From NCBI GenBank assembly GCA_965213685.1, contig CBDBZY010000041.1:192001-256000 (forward strand): 64,000 nucleotides of DNA. The letters run 5' to 3'. This stretch comes from a bacterium (GTDB lineage Bacteria > UBA8248). The position numbers were made by a program, and so were the translations under genes. Positions 55,594 through 64,000 of the stretch are shown here, in pieces (the stretch's first letter is position 1; each line of letters opens with the position of its first letter). The notes under the pieces are model-generated. The model ran no database searches, was not told the origin of the DNA, and saw nothing but the letters and a program-made list of their open reading frames with translations.

Positions 55594-57677
55594 CACTGAT
55601 TGCTTCTCTGATAACACCTCACTGTGCACAACTGTACAATCATGTGAACAATTATTGCAGTGATTTGATTTGTTAATTTGTGTATGCTGCTATGCATTAC
55701 AGGTTACTTCACTCCTACAACCTGCTATTGTGTGTGTAGGCTTAATTACATCCCCAAATTTGTGGAATGTTCATTGTGGTTTACATGTACATGTATACAT
55801 CGTGTTATGTGATTAGAATGATGTTATGTTGTACATTTTGCTTAATACTACTACAGTAAAGAAAGCATGTGCACATTACAACCTGCTATTGTGTGTTGGC
55901 TTAATTATACCCCAACTTTTGTGAAAATATCATATTGTATAAGTATCTGGTCTACATGTACACAACCTATAACATGAGGTTAGTGGATATTTGTAATCAC
56001 ATTTTCATAATGAAGTGTTGGTGTGTATAATATTATATTATAATAATTATTATACTATTCTTATTTCTATACACTCACTCCAACATCCTACACTAGCTGA
56101 TATGATTGTGTGTTGTGTTAATGCATTGTGAACTTTGTAAAATTCGAATAAATTTTTTGATTAAAGGCAGTTTGTTCAGAACATAAGAATGATTGCAACA
56201 TCACGTGTTTGGACTGATGAAGACAGCAGTAATGATATGAGAGAGAGCATGAAGGAGGGAGGGGGAGAGTGAGTGACAGAGTAATCTGGGAGAAGTGGGA
56301 ATAGGAGGAGGAGGAGGAGGAGGAAGAGGAGGAGGAGGAGGAGGAGGAGGAGGAGGAGGAGGAGGAGGAGGAGGAGGAGGGGGGGGGGGGGGGGGGGGGG
56401 GGGAGGGAAAGGAAGAGGAAGAGGAGGAGGAGGAGGAGGAGGAGGAGGGGGAGGAGGAGGAGGAGGAGGAGGAGGAGAAGAGGAGGAGAGGGGGATAGAG
56501 TGACTACATGGTGAAGATGTGCAGCAATTCCAGACAATTGTCTCTGACTGCAGTGCGTGTCTCACAGGATGGCTTTGATGGCACTGACAGTTCTGTGAGT
56601 ATTTAGTGCCCTGTGCTGTCTCCTCCAGTGCCAACTCTGCAGGAGAGAGGGAGAGAGGGAGAGAGGGAGAGAGGGAGAGAGGGAAGGAGAGAGGGAGAGA
56701 GGGATGGAGGGAGAGAGGAGAGAGGGAGAGAGGAGAGAGGAAGAGAGGGAGAGAGGGAGAGAGGGAGAGAGGGAGGGAAGGGAGAGAGGGAGAGAGGGAA
56801 GGAGAGAGGGAGAGAGGGAGGGAAGGGAGAGAGGGAGAGAGGGAAGGAGAGGGAGAGGGAGGGAAGGAGAGAGGGAGAGAAGAGGGAGGGAAGGAGAGAG
56901 GGAGAGAGGGAGGGAGGGAGAGAGGGAAGGAGAGAGGGAGGGAAGAGGACAGATGAGGAGAGGAGGGAGGAAGAAAGAGGAGGAAGAGAAGTACATGTAG
57001 TGAGTGATCAAGTGCTGAGAACATCACCTGCTTTTTTCTTGCGCGATGAGAGCATGTAGGGTAGGGTCATGGCATCCTGGCCTTGGTGCCCCATTTGTGA
57101 GCGACAGCGAGCCGGCCAGTGTCTCTAATCTCGCAGCTCCGAAGGACCACATACATGTATGTCTATAAGTCTCATCCGCACCACTCTCCACAATGGCTGT
57201 GCTCCATACTCATAACTGATCTCCCTTTGCTGTGACTCTCTGCCCTGCCCTGCGCAGTCCATTCGCACCACCAGTCGCATGGAGACACGCTCTTTGCTGG
57301 CCCGACCGCGACACGGGCCGCTTTGCTACCACTGCTGAGTTTCTTTGCCTTCTCCTGTTTTCCTTCCGAGCGATAGGACAGGAGAGAAGCTACTGGCGCA
57401 GTGGAAAGTAGCTAGCGCAGTAGAGGGTCTGCATAACAACATAACATCTGGGAACGAGACTAGACCCGGGCATAGTCGCCTTAGCCCTAATTAACGCCCA
57501 GGCGCGGGACTCGGTGAGAGGGAAGTTCCCTTATTAGCATACATTGATGATGTCATGTACATTGCGAAATACTCTCGCCTTTCGCAATGCTGCATACCGT
57601 TCAAGGTGATCTGATATTTCGCAATAGCGCCCAACATAAAAACAGCGCTGGAGAGGACTCAGCTCAAAACCTTTACT

Positions 57678-61515
<3,838 letters not shown>

Positions 61516-62522
61516 ACTGTATCGAATAGTCTTATTATAAATATCTGTATAGAAGCTGCTATTTCATAGGCCTCTGTAGTTGTGATAGCAGTAGCTCTTT
61601 GGATAGAGGACTGTAGTTGTTCACCTTAGGTTGTGTAGCTTTGAGCCAAATCTATAGGTTAATACAAGTCATGTACGATTGATTTGATTCTGACTGTGTC
61701 TCTGGGAATAGGAATTCATGTTTATGTATGAAAGACAACATCACTAGATTCATCCATTGCATGCCATAACAACACAGTTATAATATACATGTACATGTGA
61801 GGAGGCTAAAATTATAAATTGACTTCAGAATGCAGGCCGGTAGCAAACACTCAAGCACAGCTGTATAATGCATGTATTGTGTGTAGTAGTAGCTCTTCTG
61901 AATTGTGGACTTTGATACATCCACCCTTGGTCATGATCCTGCACTATATACCTTTAGAATAGTGCAGCACATGGCCAACAATACGATCATGTGTGTGGAC
62001 ACAATCGCAATATAAAAACATTGCCCAAAATAAGTATGTAGCGTGCTAATACTGTTCCATGTGAAGTCTCATACATGCAATTCATGTGTAGTTCTATGCA
62101 CAGGCATATTTAAATGTCACACGGTCTCAAAAAATTGAGTATATTCATACCCAATACAATACAACCCACACACCCACCAATAACACAGTATAAGACAAAC
62201 AGGACACACATACAAAAGTATACTATAGCTACCTACGCGACACTTGCACAGCAGGTGCTTATGAGACACAGGATATAATTTATAAGGATATATAAATAGA
62301 ATTCTGAGAAACAGTGAGAAATATAGCACAATCTTCTGGCAAGACCTCGTAGGGGGAGGCAGGGAGGGGGAATGAGAACAGTGGAATGAAGAAACAGCAG
62401 CCTGTCCACAAAAGATGCAACAGAGGCACACAATACAAAATAAATAACTGTAGAAACAATAATAATAGCAATAATACCACTGTTATAAATAATACTGTCA
62501 GAACACCACAATGCACATTCGT

Positions 62523-64000
62523 CTACACATCCGTTTCTGAGCCTTGTGTAGAGCGCTGTAAATGGAATGTGGGGTTAACAATGTGGAATCTAGTGCTGTT
62601 TGCTGAGCAGAGAGGGCTCATCTGTTCTCTGAGTTTTGTGTAAGTAAATCTGGGATTTTGGTTCGAGCTGTTGGCACTGTCCGCGGGGGACTGCATGCGG
62701 CCGCCGTACGAAGGCCCCAGGAGTGGGTGGGGGCTGCCCCTAAAGTCTGTCGCATCGTCTGCACCCGAAAGTCTGTGCGAGTCCTCCATAGACTCGAGTC
62801 TGTGGTGAGGTTTCGGGGTGATGAACGTGGGGGAGGGGCTGTAGCTGTAGGAGGGGGAGAGAGGGTGGTGGATGTAGGGCTGGGTGCGGCAGTTGGAGCA
62901 GCATGCCGAGTCCACTGCTGAGCTGCAGGTACAGATGTCGGTGCTGATCAGTGTGTTACTCTCCTGCGAAGATATCCCTGTTGACTCGCAGGTACCAGGC
63001 AAAACCAGTTTCGGTCTAGTGTCCTTGGCACTGGATTTCACACGAACTACTACCGATGGCACAGGGGAAGTTACGCAACTGAGCACAGCGTGTGTTGAAA
63101 TGTCACTAGCGGTGCCAGTCCGGGGGTAGACTCTTGTGGGGGATCCATCACGATAGTCTCGTGCATCATCATAGTCTGCTGACTCATCCGAAGCAATTGA
63201 CGCATCATCCCTGAAATCATTCTGCATTCTTAGCTGTTCACAGACGTTGAGTCTGTGTTCCATACTGCTCTTGGTGGCATTGTCTCCCTCCCACTCCCCT
63301 TCGTCTGCCTCGGGTACCGTGGAAAGTTTTCGTCCAACAGACGCATCAGCGGATGATCCATCACCGTTGAAAGAGGTTTCAGAGACACCTTCAGCTTCTT
63401 CGTTCTCCTCTGGAAGGTTCGGCAGGCTGCTGTTCAGGGCAGAACGAAGGCCGGGAGCCAGTCGGAATGGGATGGCGGCTGGTGGCGTAAACACAGGCCC
63501 TCCGTTAACAGCCAACCTCTCAGAAATGTTGGACCCAAAAACAGCCGGAAGAGACGCCCGTCTTCCCATACGCGATGTGGACCCTGGAACAGACAGGGTA
63601 GGGCCCTGGGAAAGGTTTGGCTCAAACTGCACGGAGTAGCTGTTTGAGCGCCGGCTTTGTCTAAGAATGCGAAGTTCTTCTCCGGTCAGAGACTTCGGAG
63701 ACTGCCCTCTGGGAAGATCGGACATCAGACTGGTGGGGGTGGAGGTCGTCTGTCGCTGCACTAGGCGAATGTTATGCTGGGGCAAACCTTTCTTGTTCCT
63801 GGCAGGGCAGCAGGTGACAATCCACCAAATGTTCTTCCGGAAACTGCGTGTTATCAGAGCGTAGATCATCGGACTCATGAGGGCACTAATTGGAAACACG
63901 AACACTATGAAGTACTTTGATTGCTCTGCATTTATCAGTGGGTTGTCCGTGAATGCCGAGTATCCTACCACTGCCATAGGGAACCAACAAATGAACGTGA
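62523..64000 (-). CDS. Class A GPCR, glycoprotein-hormone-receptor/LGR-like, TM6-TM7 plus long C-tail (5' part outside the window)
   Basis: TFICWFPMAVVGYSAFTDNPLINAEQSKYFIVFVFPISALMSPMIYALITRSFR resembles TSHR/LHR PLIT...[24 protein letters not shown]. Confidence 0.8.
   Translation of the reverse strand, partial: TFICWFPMAVVGYSAFTDNPLINAEQSKYFIVFVFPISALMSPMIYALITRSFRKNIWWIVTCCPARNKKGLPQHNIRLVQRQTTSTPTSLMSDLPRGQSPKSLTGEELRILRQSRRSNSYSVQFEPNLSQGPTLSVPGSTSRMGRRASLPAVFGSNISERLAVNGGPVFTPPAAIPFRLAPGLRSALNSSLPNLPEENEEAEGVSETSFNGDGSSADASVGRKLSTVPEADEGEWEGDNATKSSMEHRLNVCEQLRMQNDFRDDASIASDESADYDDARDYRDGSPTRVYPRTGTASDISTHAVLSCVTSPVPSVVVRVKSSAKDTRPKLVLPGTCESTGISSQESNTLISTDICTCSSAVDSACCSNCRTQPYIHHPLSPSYSYSPSPTFITPKPHHRLESMEDSHRLSGADDATDFRGSPHPLLGPSYGGRMQSPADSANSSNQNPRFTYTKLREQMSPLCSANSTRFHIVNPTFHLQRSTQGSETDV

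Noticed and set aside
56500-57450. Possible small minus-strand gene divergent from the eIF4A-like gene
   Set aside because: Splice-like signals exist (about 57027 and 56638), but all frames have stops and there is no recognisable protein

Overview
Intron-rich animal genomic DNA with GT-AG introns and abundant ACATGT, CA and GA microsatellites. The gene content is compatible with a demosponge (inference only). Genes from left to right: (1) the 3' part of a hAT transposase on +, apparently nested in an intron of MED25; (2) MED25 on - (VWA domain, long disordered linker, ACID domain); (3) a divergently transcribed small bMERB-domain gene; (4) a nest of DNA transposons inside a decayed MULE; (5) an 11-exon ankyrin array on - that grew by tandem duplication of a two-exon cassette and may be spliced to an upstream TKL kinase exon; (6) a truncated Academ-like transposase joined to an internally inverted furin/PCSK-like pseudogene; (7) a Death domain + coiled-coil (+ probably Kelch) gene; (8) a divergent eIF4A-like helicase with DEVD; (9) the C-terminal part of a glycoprotein-hormone-receptor-like GPCR. 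Non-coding highlights are a Penelope-like remnant with two hammerhead ribozyme cores, two families of tRNA cloverleafs embedded in longer hairpins, and many MITEs with readable TSDs. All exon calls were made by eye; no database searches were run. I see no evidence of a CRISPR array or prokaryotic DNA.
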